A stretch of DNA of 64,000 bases from Ancylonema sp. Its lineage: Eukaryota. Below the pieces are notes generated by a model that ran no database searches, was not told the DNA's origin, and saw only the letters and a list, made by a program, of their open reading frames with translations. The stretch covers positions 1 to 64,000 of the forward strand of contig JBFLGF010000131.1 in assembly GCA_050230475.1 (NCBI GenBank), written 5' to 3'. Positions within the stretch are counted from its first letter, which is position 1, and every line of letters starts with the position of its first letter. A program made the translations under genes and the position numbers. This document shows positions 42,749-62,459 of this stretch, one piece after another.

Positions 42749-43318
42749 CAGTAAACCCTTGATATAGTGATAATTTTATAAACCCTTGATATAGTGACAA
42801 TTTTATAGACAGTGGAAACTAATGTCACTATATCGAATGCCAGGGGTGTCACTATACACTATATAGTGACATTTGATAGGGCTACATGGCGCCAATGTCA
42901 CTATATCGAAGGAAATTAAATTTTAGGTTATTTTGAGCAACCAGATCGGGTGCGGAGAGGTTTATATTGAAGACGGTAGGTCAATTATATGGCGTTTGTT
43001 ATAATATCCACTCGCTACAATAGAACCACTTTGGAATAATAATGCAAGGACATGTATAAAATGTCAATTCGGACAGACTATTATTTTTTTATTGATTATT
43101 TTCTATTAGATTTAATGGTTATTAATTTTCACAACGTTAATTTGGACAAGTTTCACTCCATAGTGACATCTCGATGGTAAAGTCTGGGAAATTTAGTCGC
43201 TGTAACGTGTGTCACTATAGCAATTGTCACTATATCGAGTGGATTTTTATATAGGATTAGAAAAAGGGCAGAAAAAATGTCACTACATCGTGATTGTCAC
43301 TATATCAAGGGTTTACTG
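42749..43318. mobile_element. pogo-type MITE (family B), nested
   Basis: TA|CAGTAAACCCTTGATATAGTGA ... TCACTATATCAAGGGTTTACTG|TA, perfect 22-bp TIR. Confidence 0.93.
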
Positions 43319-43320
43319 TA

Positions 43321-43910
43321 GAGTAAAACCTGTCTTAATTAGTAATTTCGGGACCGGAAAATGTTATCAATTAAGACAGGTTATTACCTAAGACAGGATT
43401 GGTTCCAAATGACCTGAAACGAGTTTCTATTTGAATACGAGGGGCAACGGGCTTATATCCAGGTCGGAATCAACCCAAATATGTATTTTCACGTAGTTTT
43501 AATCATAATCATAATGATATATACGTAGTTCTAACATGAGCCAACCCTCCATACTTGTATCCCGCATAACTCTACAAAATAACCAAAAACAAATTCAGAA
43601 TTCGTTTTTTTTTTTTAAAATATATTTTTATAAATAAATCCGGTTTTTTTTTCGGTTGTTGTTATTTATCCCCCCTCCCCCACAATTTTAATCCCTAACT
43701 CGTACAATTTTTTTTGTACGGATACGTACGGATTCCGTACATTATTAATTACACGTCAACTAGCATATAGGCGGGACCGGTATTTTTGTTTGGTTATCAC
43801 GTTAGAGAGGTTTGTTAATAATTACACTCGCCCAAGGTCGGGACCGGATAATTTTATCAATTAAGACAGGTTATTAATTAAGACAGTATTAATTAAAACA
43901 GGTTATCCTG
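43321..43910. mobile_element. pogo-type MITE (family C), nested, sharing a TA with family B
   Basis: TA|GAGTAAAACCTGTCTTAATT ... AATTAAAACAGGTTATCCTG|TA, with internal TTAAGACAGG repeats. Confidence 0.8.
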
Positions 43911-44630
43911 TAGAATCTGAAACTTGTGTCCTTGTATCGAGGGACTTCACGAATGAAGCAAAGTGAATAAGCAAATGTGTTTATTATGTGTTTCCTAGAG
44001 TAAGTTGTCTTGGCATGATTATTCAATTAAGCGTGTGTGTGGATATACGGGCTATACAAGTACGTCATGATACCAATACATGCGGATGAACAAAATAGTT
44101 AGTTTTGGACCATCCGAGGATGACACAGGCGGCGTTCTCTTGATATGACATGTCGAACGACTCGAACACGTTGTAGAGACTTTGGGGTGTCGTTCATGAG
44201 GTTTCTATATTTTTCTAGATTTCCAGACATCGTTATCTGCGAGTAATAGCGTTATACACACAGTGTAAGGACATTCAATAACAAATTCCTGAAATAATTT
44301 GTCTTTGTATAGAGTGTCATTATGCTTATATCGAGGGGGATTTCATATTGATTTTAAACAAGTTCAAAAAAACAGTCGTTATACCGAGGTTGTCTTTATA
44401 AAGAGGGTCGTTATATCGAGGGAGCACTGAAGCGAATGTTTCTTCTATAAATTACTTTTTGAGTGTCAAATCGCGTAAAATATTCGCAAAATAGTTTGGG
44501 ACCGCGTGTCCGCGAAGTGGAAAACTGGGTGCGGACTGCACCCGCTTTTCCTTATCCGCACCCAGTCGGCCATTTGCGTACAGTCTGGTGATTTGGCCGT
44601 TTGAAACTTGCCATAAGAAATGATCAGATA

Positions 44631-45124
44631 CCGTACCGGCCAACTTTAATACTCAACTAATCAATTATTTGTGGCTTGGGTGGGGCAAGGAAAATAATTC
44701 AAGATTTTAGATTTTGGGGTATTAAGTAGGTTCGGTAATTCACTTTTTGGGACATGTGGGGTATTATCCTAGAATCCTGCAAGCCTGGGTAATAAAGGCG
44801 GCAAGCTCCATCTAACCAATAATTTCTTTCTGGTCACGATTTTGGGCGCACTTCAATTTTCGATGCGCGGTTGTCAACTATCACAAGCTTCAGTGGATGC
44901 GGAGGCTATTATTGTGTCCATTTGCGGTCGAGAATAAATAAAAACCTGTTGCCGGGTGAGGGTTTCAAGTCGCTGGGGTAGTGTAATTCATCGCCAAAAA
45001 CTTGGGATGGGTTAACGGGGTGGGGTAACGATAATTAAGTATTTTTGGCTAGGGTAAGGGGGTGGGGCGTGAACACACATATTGTTTGAGAAAAGGGGTG
45101 GGGTATTAAAGTTGGCCGGTACGG
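44631..45124. mobile_element. Tc1/pogo-type MITE (CCGTA ends)
   Basis: TA|CCGTACCGGCCAACTTTAATAC ... GTATTAAAGTTGGCCGGTACGG|TA. Confidence 0.92.
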
Positions 45125-45566
45125 TAACCCGGAGTGCACACGTGTAACATTATTGCCACATCAGCGAAACGAAGCAGGAAGTGTGGTAGCCTCCCTTTCC
45201 ACTCACGGTAGGATAATCGTGATAGACCCGTAATATACCCTTGCCCACTAACCATCTAACGATTAAATTGAGTGTGTTATATTATTAAAAACTTGTGATT
45301 TACAAATGCAAGCGTCTTGCCAATGAAAGCACCAAATTAGATTTTCCACCAGAAAAAGCGTGGGAAAGACGATTCTAGCAATTTTAATTGCAAAGTGCAC
45401 TGTGCCTCTGATGGCGAATGACCGGAATGGATAGGAAGACAAGAGCCAAGATGGTGTGGTGGGTCTGGAAATAATGGTGACTCACTAGGAGTGCAAGTAC
45501 ACGAGTTAATGAGAATGCTCCTCTAAGAGCATTCCTTTAAACTATGTATAGTGAAAACGTCTCAAG

Positions 45567-45800
45567 CATAGTTGCGTCCCGGACGCGAGGATCCCGGACG
45601 CGTCCGGCAAGCGTCCGGAGATCTCCGGACGGTCCGGAACGCAACTAAGATGCAAAAGAAAAAAAAAAGGTTTTCATTCTGAAGTCACACAAATATGGGG
45701 GTTCCAAAAATATGGATATCATATTTTGGCTGAGGCGTCCGGGCCCGGACGCGTCCCGGACGCGTCCGGAGATCCCCGGACGGTCCGGGACGAAACTATG
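45567..45800. mobile_element. hAT-like MITE
   Basis: CATAGTTGCGTCCCGGAC ... GTCCGGGACGAAACTATG. 8-bp TSD GTCTCAAG / GTCTTAAG. CCGGAC subterminal repeats. Confidence 0.9.
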
Positions 45801-46178
45801 GTCTTAAGTCAACTCAAGGCTACAAGTGGGAAAACTCACCCAACTAAGAACACAACACACTGAGCTAATGGCACAACTGAAATCTGGCTAAGGACACACA
45901 ACTCGCTATGAAGGCACACAACTCACTTAGGGAAAACTCCGCTAGTAGCGCTCTAGAGCTAAGTGTGGGAGCCTCGCAAGGGAGCCCTAGTGCCTGTAGC
46001 GAGGGTCCTAACATCGTGGATGGGTGGGGGGTGGAACCATCGATTTTTTTGTTCACAAGATAAAAGCAATAAGCACGAATGATGTTGATTGTGAATGGAA
46101 ACAATGGAAAGAGTACATTAATGCACATAGATCAATAATGATCAAAATATAGGTTGTGAAGGCAATATCTCTAGCATA

Positions 46179-46464
46179 CCGTACTGGCCACACATAATGA
46201 CCCGCAAATAATTATGAGAAGGGTGGGTCGGGTCAAATTAAATAATTCAAGTTTTAAAAAAAGTGGGTCATTCTATAATGTGGGTCACCAGATAATAAAT
46301 GTTTTTTTCAGGATTTTAAACAAGTTCAGGATTCAGGATTTTCAGGATTTTTTTTTCAGGATTTTGAAATTCAATATTGGGTGTGCGGGTTGGATCAAGT
46401 GGTCGTTTTATAGTTAAATTAATTCGTTTCTTAAAACCCGGGTCATTATGTATGGCCACTACGG
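46179..46464. mobile_element. Tc1/pogo-type MITE; relatives at about 10500-10625 and 63780-63900
   Basis: TA|CCGTACTGGCCACACATAATGACCCG ... CGGGTCATTATGTATGGCCACTACGG|TA. Confidence 0.88.
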
Positions 46465-47585
46465 TATACTTGAAATATTGACTAAGCCGAGGAAATCACT
46501 CCACGATTCCCTTTTAAATTATGTACCTTGAAATCGCATCGATGCCGAGTGATTTTAAAGCGAGCTCGCATTTGTCAAAAAACAGTGTGCGTGCAACATT
46601 GAATGTAGCAAAGTTCTAACATATCCTTCATAGTGCACTTCCCTCCCGAGAGTGACGCGAAGAGTTGTTGTTTTTTTATATATATAAATGAGTGCAATGA
46701 AGATAAAGAATTTGATTTTCGCAAGGACTTCGTGTGTAAAAAAGATACCAAAACAACATTCAACAACAACACTGTTGGCAAGGGATAATGACCCGGAACT
46801 AGTTTTAAAAAGGGTGATCATCAGAAAATAACTTGGTGAAAGGGTGGTTTATTTTATATGTGGGTCATCAAATATTCAATGAAAATCAGGGATTTGATAA
46901 GATCCAATTTGGTTCGCGGGTGGTTAATGGATCCTTAATTGGTGGATGCTTAATCACATTAAAAAAAAAAAAAAAAAAAAACCCCGGTCATCATCTTTGG
47001 CTAGTACTGTAGTCATAAAAGCGGTTAGACAACGTCATTTTGTAACACCGAACTCGAGTATATTAGTAGGTTTTAATTTAAATTTGAGTTGACCAACTTG
47101 ACGAACAAAACACAAACACGACTTGACCGAATTTGGACGTAGACACAAAGAGTCCACCAATCTTTTTGCACGTCTGGAGCTAACGAAGTGGACACAAAAC
47201 TAAGTCCCGAATCCACTTTGTAAGAAACTTGCTAACTTGTGGTATACATTGTGCTTGTCTAGTCAAGGCGTTAAAGATCAAAGCTTGGAGACGACAACTA
47301 ATGACAACTATATTTGTATACATTTACCTAAAATATTCGGGTTTCAAACGCGTAGCGGACAAGTCCGGATCTGGAATTATCCATCTTCTAGAATGGAGGA
47401 ATGGAGCTGGCTGTCCTTTATAAGTCTCTCCCTCAAAGTGAGTTCTTAACACATTGGCATAAGTCGCTAGCATTATGGGTTACACTGGCAAAATATATGC
47501 AAGCACAGGTAGGAATTATGATCCAAATTCAACCCCTAACCCCACTAGTTACCCCGAAACACAGAAAAACCCTAGGCCGAACAGC

Positions 47586-49308
47586 CTATGAGTCAATCTC
47601 CATTGCTTTTGCTGCCTTCGCTTTTGTGAGAGGAGTCGGCTTGACTCCCTTTGTTTTCGTCCTTTTCGATCCCACTTTGAAACCCGCACTTAATTTTCGT
47701 TTTTGAATTCCAGACTTCTTATCCACCTGGCGTAGAAACCCCAAAAAGTCCAACACAAAATCGGTAAATTTTCAATTGAATCTTGAAAATGTTTTATATG
47801 TCATTACATATATTCTGCACTTATCATACTCTACATTTAGTAATAAAAGCGTAGAAAGACAACAAGACGAATGCATTTTTTTACCCGTCTTATTGCATAA
47901 CTAGTATTTGATGTAAAAGTAGAGTTGTATCAGCTCTACAATGCCATCATTTGACTGTGCTTCATTCCCCGTGCCTCTCCTCAACCTCAAGGAGCTCTAA
48001 TTACATAAAGTGCATACTCATTACAATTGCTCATTGACATATGGTGGAAATATTAACAAAACGACAAAATCACTCCTCAGCTATATGCGACCCTACTTTA
48101 ACTTGCTAAGTTCATTTAAACAAACCTCCGTGTGGGCACATCCTCTATAAACACACCAAAATTTGGCAACTCGAAATGTCGGATTTCCTGAACTTCACTT
48201 TTAGTAAAGGTACCAAACTAACCTTCAACAAAAATGGGCATTTGATGAGGTATCACTGCAATGTTTATCTCCAACTTATTTGTAGCCAGACTTTGCTACA
48301 CACTGTGTAGCCAATCAATGGGCAATGGGCAACAAAGCCCATTATCAATTTCATATTAGTAGAAAAAAACCCGAGAAAGTCGTTCTGACCTTCATTTTGT
48401 TGTCCATCTTCTCCTTCTTCTTCGAAGTCTTTTCTTTGGCCTTCCGCTCATCTGCCAGAACCAGGAGCAAACTCAAGTTTAGGTTCACTGCCAGGTTCAA
48501 ATTCTGGTTCAGATTTGTATCAAAAAATTTGTATCGAAGGATCAGGTCCAGGTGTTAGTTCAAATATTGCACCCAGCAGAGAGAGAGCCTGTATCAAATC
48601 CACAGACACAGCCTGACCAGTTGGAGGCACGTGGTGCGACTAAAAGCATGACAGCTCATGCTTTATGTTAGTTCGACACCGTCCTTCGGGTGTGGAGAGT
48701 TCTGTCGTAACAAAGCAAAACTTTGATATCGGTAATGATGATGATGATGATAATGATGATGATGCAATTGCAGGATCTGATCCGTCCATTACAGCAGTTC
48801 ACAAAACATACAGATGAGGATGAAGGACACTTCCCCTGCTGTACGTGTCCGTAGAAAGAGTTTGATCTTCACAACCAAGATGTGGCTGAGGCTCTCTGTC
48901 GCTTCCTACCCCACCATCTTTGGGGAAGGATCTCATGGCCACATGGGCTCAAGGATTCATTTATATGATCGATTGATTATGGCGAATTTCTCAAAGTTGG
49001 CGACGGAAACAACGGCACGCAGATGGATAACTGTCACGTGCAGGTGGTTCTACAGAATAATCAGATAACCTTAGTGTGACTCTATTAGAAGCGACGCCCT
49101 CCCGCTCAAGAACATAAAGCGTGGATGTAGAGCTGTGTGGAAATCATAGACTTTGATGTTCACTTCAGTGGTTTAGATTGCTCAGGAAGTCGGGTAGAGG
49201 AAAAAGGAGACAGTGGAGGAGTGTGTGTTAGTGTGGTAGGAGTTTCTCACTTTCCAGGTCGTACTCATGTTGCTTCTTCCTCGTGCTGAGCTTGTTCTTC
49301 TTTGACAT
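47586..49308 (-). CDS. Small Lys-rich protein of unknown function, 86 aa; exons 49308-49251, 48451-48390, 47726-47586
   Basis: Spliced ORF MSKKNKLSTRKKQHEYDLENERKAKEKTSKKKEKMDNKMKVDKKSGIQKRKLSAGFKVGSKRTKTKGVKPTPLTKAKAAKAMEIDS. GT..AG junctions, phases 1 and 0, GCC-ATG context. From memory it resembles a small conserved uncharacterised plant protein (MSKKN..RKKQHE.DL / AKAKAA.AME.D). Confidence 0.88.
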
Positions 49309-50782
49309 GGCGCTCAGCCTGCAACTACAGACTTCGAGCGCACACGCGACTCGACCTCGGCTGGGTCAGTGAGAAGAGATGGTGTGCGCCAGTGGGTGAG
49401 AGGAAAGAGGCTACCAGCCGGAAAATTCTGTGTCGCTGATGTGGCAGACACACTTGCCGCCGCATGCGTGAGAATTTGGGTGATGGACTGACCGGGAACT
49501 TATCGAGTGACCGGCTGATCGATGAACTGGCCGTTTCGGAGCCGGCAGTTTAATGCGAAAAAATGGAGTTCAGCGCGCACTGTGCGCGAGGTTTGCGCAG
49601 GAGCGCGGAACGCTCGCGCGAGCGCATGCGCGCGTTGCGCATGCCTCCTCGGGACAATTTCAATTTCGGACGTTTAACGTGCATGACTACACACGTGTAA
49701 GATGATAAATACGAACCTAATAGATAACACATGCTGGTCTGATGTGGCCCACATGCTGGTGTGATGAGCTTCTACAAACTGCAATGTCGGGGTCAAACTA
49801 TCTCGAGAGGGTGGTGGGCGAGGGGAAAGCATGCATGAAGTTAAGTGCCGTGGGAAGAAATGGGCGGAGTGGAAAGAAGGGGAAATTGCGCCTCACGAGA
49901 GGATCAACGGGGGGCTATCCCCAAAACAGGGGGACCCAAAACATGTTGGGGTGCAAATAATTTCCCAATAAATATTTTTCACAACGAATCCGTTGTGACT
50001 TGATGGCGACGTTCAATTGCATACTTGTGCACCGATCCCAAATCACACTCCGAATCCGGATTGGACCCGATTAAATCGACTTAATTAGTGCATAATACAA
50101 TTTTATTTTTGCTCATGACCTAGCTTCCAGTGTGGCTCGGAATAATCTCGATCGGATTGGGAGCAGATATGTCGACGACAACGAAAACGGCAAACTTTTG
50201 CATATTGATGGGTGCGTGTTTGCACGCTTACATGGATGCATAGTCCGTCCAAGGACGACACAGACCATGTATTTATGTTGGCGTGCATGTCAGTGCTGTC
50301 CCGGACGGAGAGTTATTGCTCAACATTGTGGTACTGTATCCCGACAGTATCTATGCTATGATCAGAACGACATTTTTTCGTTAAATGATGATAAAGTTCA
50401 AGCTTTGAAGCGCTTCACGCATTGTAGTGAGTGCCTTCGGAAGAGCTTCTTTGCGACACATGTTGCATCGTGATAGAGAGATAATGATTTAGTTATGGTT
50501 GTAAGTACAAAAAATTGCACCAATTAAATTCTTGGGTTTGCTATTGTAGAACAACACAAGTGGAGTTGTCCTTGCCATTTGACTTTCAATCTTTATGTGG
50601 CAAATTTACGAAAATTTCATGTTGCTTTAGTAACACGCACGAAAAGGCAAGGCTCTTTCACACGAGTAAAAATAAGGTCTAATATGGGTTTGCGCTTGTT
50701 GCAAAGATAAATTGTGATAAAGCAAGAGGGGTCTCTTGACAGTGAAGGACACTAGAAGATTCATGTACCCTTAGAATGTCGT

Positions 50783-58469
<7,687 letters not shown>

Positions 58470-58783
58470 GAGCTCAGTTGGAAGGAACGGAAAACGCACA
58501 CACGGGTTCCCTCATCATGGCACGCTCATTACTAGTATGCGGCGATGCGAATTCGGAGACTACAGCTGCTGAACCTTCGGCGACTAACCAAGTGATCAAT
58601 TGCCTAAGCAAGTAACCTTTTGTGGAGAAGCAGTCCTTCACCCAGTTCAACGTCACAGGAGATGCTGAGGTTCATCCCATATGAAGCACCGAAACATCCC
58701 CCTGTGCCCCTTGCAGGGCGCGAAATTTTTCGGCGCCCACATTCCCTCGATGTAACGACAAACATTGAAAAGGTGAGGTGTAC

Positions 58784-60295
58784 TATAGTTGGCCCCGCCC
58801 CGCGCGGGATATTTTCTGCCGAAAAAATCCGCTCGGAACAAACTCGCCCGGGGCGAGAAGCGGGGCGAAGTTTGCGGGGCGGGGATAAAAAAACAACCAT
58901 TTTTTTTTTGGTGCCGCAATACGGAGATATGGTAGAAAGAGAGACGCATTTTATTAAAGCACGATGGGAACCCCATCTGAGTACAACACCAACGTTATTG
59001 TACCAACCTAACGGAACAGAAGAAGGAAAACAACCCCACCCCTAAAACACTCGAGCAACAATCCTTAACTCTGCTGACGACAATAACACCCGCGGAGTGG
59101 GGGGGGGTAACATAGCCATACCCTCTTCCAATCGCAACGTCCTAGCATGGATTGCATGTGCTAGAGAACGTTGTAAAGCAACAGAAACTCTCTGCCGAAA
59201 CCAAGTAACTAACAAACTAACATTCTGCCCCGATCGCCCATTCAGTTGCGCCGCACGGTGAGCACAATCCACCAACAACCGATTGCTTGCATCGGAAAGC
59301 GCACCGTACGTCTCTAACGCAAACTGGATAAATTTGGTCCCTGTCGCGCGATCACGATAGTGAGTTTCTTTGCGCCGTTCCGCATCTTCTGCGGCCACCA
59401 ACCCTCGACAAGCCGCGCGATCCACCAAGTCACGCCGTGGGGTCAGCAATGACCACATCCACCAAAATATGCCCCTCCACCAAATCCAAAATAACAATAT
59501 CCAATGTGCACCATACGCCACAAGTCCGACATCAATTAATGTCACCCATGAGTCCGACTCCGTGGCGTGGCGTGGTATAATGCAATAAAAATAAAAAAAC
59601 AAACTTGAGATGAACAAAAGAATATTACACGGATAAAGATGGCAGGCGTACTTAGTAGTGTAAAATTTTGAATACTCGTCGGCTTTGAATTTTTGAAAAT
59701 GTACATGATTTACGTGGTCTTCGGGTTCTTTTATAGAAAGGGAGAGACTGCGGGCACCCCCCCAAGCGACTGCGGGCAACCCCCCTCCGACTGCCCCGCA
59801 GTCTTTCCCCTGAAAATAGGCAAGTTCAAAAATTAAAAGCTTCAATCAAATTTGCGATTTTCATTTTTTTTTTTTTTTTTTTGGCTTTTTGTAGAGGGGA
59901 GTTCGAAGTAAATATGAGCGTTTTTTGTTTTTTTTTTCCCTATCAATAAAGAGCTTTAAAAATGAAGAGACTTCGGGTTGTCGAGAGGGAGGTGCCCGCA
60001 GTCGCTTTGGGGGGTGCGCGCAGTCTCTCCCTTTCTATGAAAGAACCCGAAGACCACGTAAATCATGTACATTTTCAAAAATTTAAAGCCGACAAGTATT
60101 CAAGATTTTACACTACTAAGTACGCCTCCCATCTTTATCCGTGTAATATTATTTTGTTTATCTCAAGACCTAAAAAACATAAAAAACCTCTATGGTTCCG
60201 CCCCGGGCGAGATATTTTCCGCCTGGAGCGCCACCCGAGGCGGGCCCGCCCGGGGCGGAATGCGGAGCGGGATTTTCGGGGCGGGGCGAACTATG
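58784..60295. mobile_element. Composite hAT-like non-autonomous element with internal foldback and LINE cargo
   Basis: TATAGTTGGCCCCGCCCCG ... CGGGGCGGGGCGAACTATG. Perfect 8-bp TSD AGGTGTAC (58776-58783 and 60296-60303). Confidence 0.9.
58900..59502 (-). mobile_element. 5'-truncated CRE/R2-type non-LTR retrotransposon (restriction-like endonuclease C-terminus, 3' UTR, poly(A))
   Basis: DIVILDLVEGHILVDVVIADPT, a frameshift, then RDLVDRAA..AAEDAERRKETHY..FIQFALETYGAL..FRQRVSVALQR. Stop at 59042, AATAAA in the UTR, A10 tail at 58900-58909. Confidence 0.82.
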
Positions 60296-60304
60296 AGGTG
60301 TACC

Positions 60305-61488
60305 TAGAGGGGGTTAACCCTTAACCCTGATAACCCTTAACCCTTAATCTCGAGGTTAATATCCTGATTAACCCTGCTCCCGAAATCAAGGTTAAAACCT
60401 CGAGGTTACGGATTAACCCTGATTTAACTCGATAACCCTAGAGTTATCGAGGTTAACCAGGGTTAAACAGGGTTGATCAGGGTTAAACAGGGTTAATCAG
60501 GGTTAAAAAGGGTTAATCAGGGTTATTTTGGTCCTGATTTTGACGCCGCCGCCGCCGCCGCTGCCGCCGGGACGGATAAAAAAACTTCCGGGTAGAGAGA
60601 AACTTGTCTATAATCATCATAGTTGGCCCCGCCCCGCAAATCCCGCCCCGCTTTCCGCCCCGGGCGGGAAATTCCCCGCTCGGGGCGGGGCCATAGAGGT
60701 TTTTTTATGTTTTTTGGAAAAGGACCCCAAGATCACGTAGATCATGCACATATTTTCAAAAGTCAAATCCGAGAAGTAATCAAGATTTTATAACACTAAG
60801 TACGCCTGCCATCTTTACCCGTGTAATATTCTTTTGTGTATCTCAAGTTTTATTTTTTTGATTTTTATTTTTATCGCATTACACCACACCACGCCACGGA
60901 GTCGGACTCATGGGTGACATTAGATGATGTCGGAATTGTGGCGTATGGTGCACAATTGTGCAAGAAGTCAATTTTTGACAAAACCAACCATCTCCGCATT
61001 GCGGCATTTTTTTATTTTTGGTATTTTGGCCTATGGCCCCGCCCCGCAAATCCCGCCCCGCTTTCCGCCCCGGACGGCGCCCCGGGCGGGAAATTCCCCG
61101 CCCGGGGCGGGACCAACTATGATAATTATATTGCGCCAATTTATAACCGGTCTAATTTGACAAAAAAACTTCCACCCGATCGTCCACTTGATTTCGGGTG
61201 AATGCCGAATTCCGGGTGAAATCTGACGTGTTAATTGATAACCTGTCCAACTTATTTTAGTCCCGGTTCGTCATAATAATTTTGACAGGTATAACAGGGT
61301 TTAATAACCCTAGGGTTAATCAGGGTTAATCAGGGTTATCAGGACTATTCAGGATATTTAGGGTTAATTAGGGTTAATTAGGATTAATCAGGGTTATTCA
61401 GGGTTAAAAGGATTAATCAGGGTTAGAAAGGGTTATTTCAGGGTTACGACTTAACCCTGAAAATAATTTCAGGGTTACCCCCACTCTA
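60305..61488. mobile_element. hAT-like element with 10-bp AGGGTTAATC subterminal arrays
   Basis: TAGAGGGGGTTAACCC ... GGGTTACCCCCACTCTA. 8-bp TSD GGTGTACC (60297-60304 and 61489-61496). Confidence 0.85.
60618..61121. mobile_element. hAT-like element nested in 60305-61488 (same family as 1749-2266)
   Basis: CATAGTTGGCCCCGCCCCG ... CGGGGCGGGACCAACTATG. TSD ATAATCAT / ATAATTAT. Confidence 0.9.
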
Positions 61489-61496
61489 GGTGTACC

Positions 61497-61815
61497 CATA
61501 GTTGGCAAATCCCGCCCCGCTTTCTGCCCCGAACGGACTCGCCCCGGGCGGCTCTCCATGCGATTTGTTTTTCGCCAAGGACAGAGCCTTGAGAGGTTTT
61601 CTAGTTTTTTCGTAAAAGAGCCCAGATCACGTAGATAATGTACATATTTTAAATATTCTGACAAGTATTCGAGATTTTATAACACGAAGTACGCCTTCCA
61701 TCTTTACATGTGTGATATTATTTTGTATATCTCAAGTTTTCTTGTTCTTTTCTTTTTTTCGCATTATACCACGGCCCGCCACGGAGTCGCACTCATGGGT
61801 GACACTAGATTATGT
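61497..61815. mobile_element. Left part of a third CATAGTTGG-family element
   Basis: Starts CATAGTTGGCAAATCCCGCCCCG immediately after the GGTGTACC TSD. Carries the shared internal module (GTACGCCT..CATCTTTA, CTCATGGGTGACA). Right TIR not found. Confidence 0.75.
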
Positions 61816-62459
61816 AAAACAAAACAAAAACAAAAAATGAAAAAAAAAGAATGCAAATTGAAATACAATAAAATCTTTCCAAAGAAATATTGTCCGGACT
61901 GGGAAATACTATTCATTTAGACAGATTATTCACTTATACAAAGACGGTTCCTAACAGATCCGGTTTTATGACAAAATTTGTTAGGAACCATTGAAAAAAA
62001 TAAAGTATTTAAAGGTCACTTAGACGTTGTTATTTGATAACGGAAGGCTGGTGGATGTACAAGACTTTGAAGATGTAAAAACATCTTTGTGCGCAGTGCT
62101 ACCGAGAGGTTTACACCACATGTACTTCTTATCGAAAAGCTAAGTGAAAGAAGCATGATCAATTATCAATTGGAATAATTTTCGAATAAATTATGACGGT
62201 ATAAAGAAAGCATCATATGTAACATGCGTATCGAAACGGCTATGTATATCAATTTGGTCATCGACATAAAGGAGATATTCAACGATTTTGTTGGGAGCCC
62301 AAAAAAAAACAAAACATCCAATCGCAATTGAAATGTCAAGCCACTTTCACACTTCCATACATGACTTGGCTTGTCGCCTAACAACATGACGTACGGAAAT
62401 ACTTGCGGTGTATTAACTACGAAGCGAAAAGAAAACCAATGCTTAAGGAAGTCGATGGA

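Larger units (their letters stand above)
42646..44429. mobile_element. Family-A MITE interrupted by two other MITEs
   Basis: TA|CTGTGCTCCCTCGATATAACGAC ... GTCGTTATATCGAGGGAGCACTG. Colinear with 38048-38669 on both sides of an insertion at ...TACTA^GAATCTGAAA. Confidence 0.9.

Noticed and set aside
47727..49250. Intronic C/D snoRNAs in the microprotein gene
   Set aside because: Only partial C-box and CTGA matches, with no terminal stem or recognisable rRNA guide.
59042..59845. 267-aa ORF as a real gene
   Set aside because: It is a chance fusion of MITE internal sequence with the LINE endonuclease tail. The true LINE frame shifts at about 59437.
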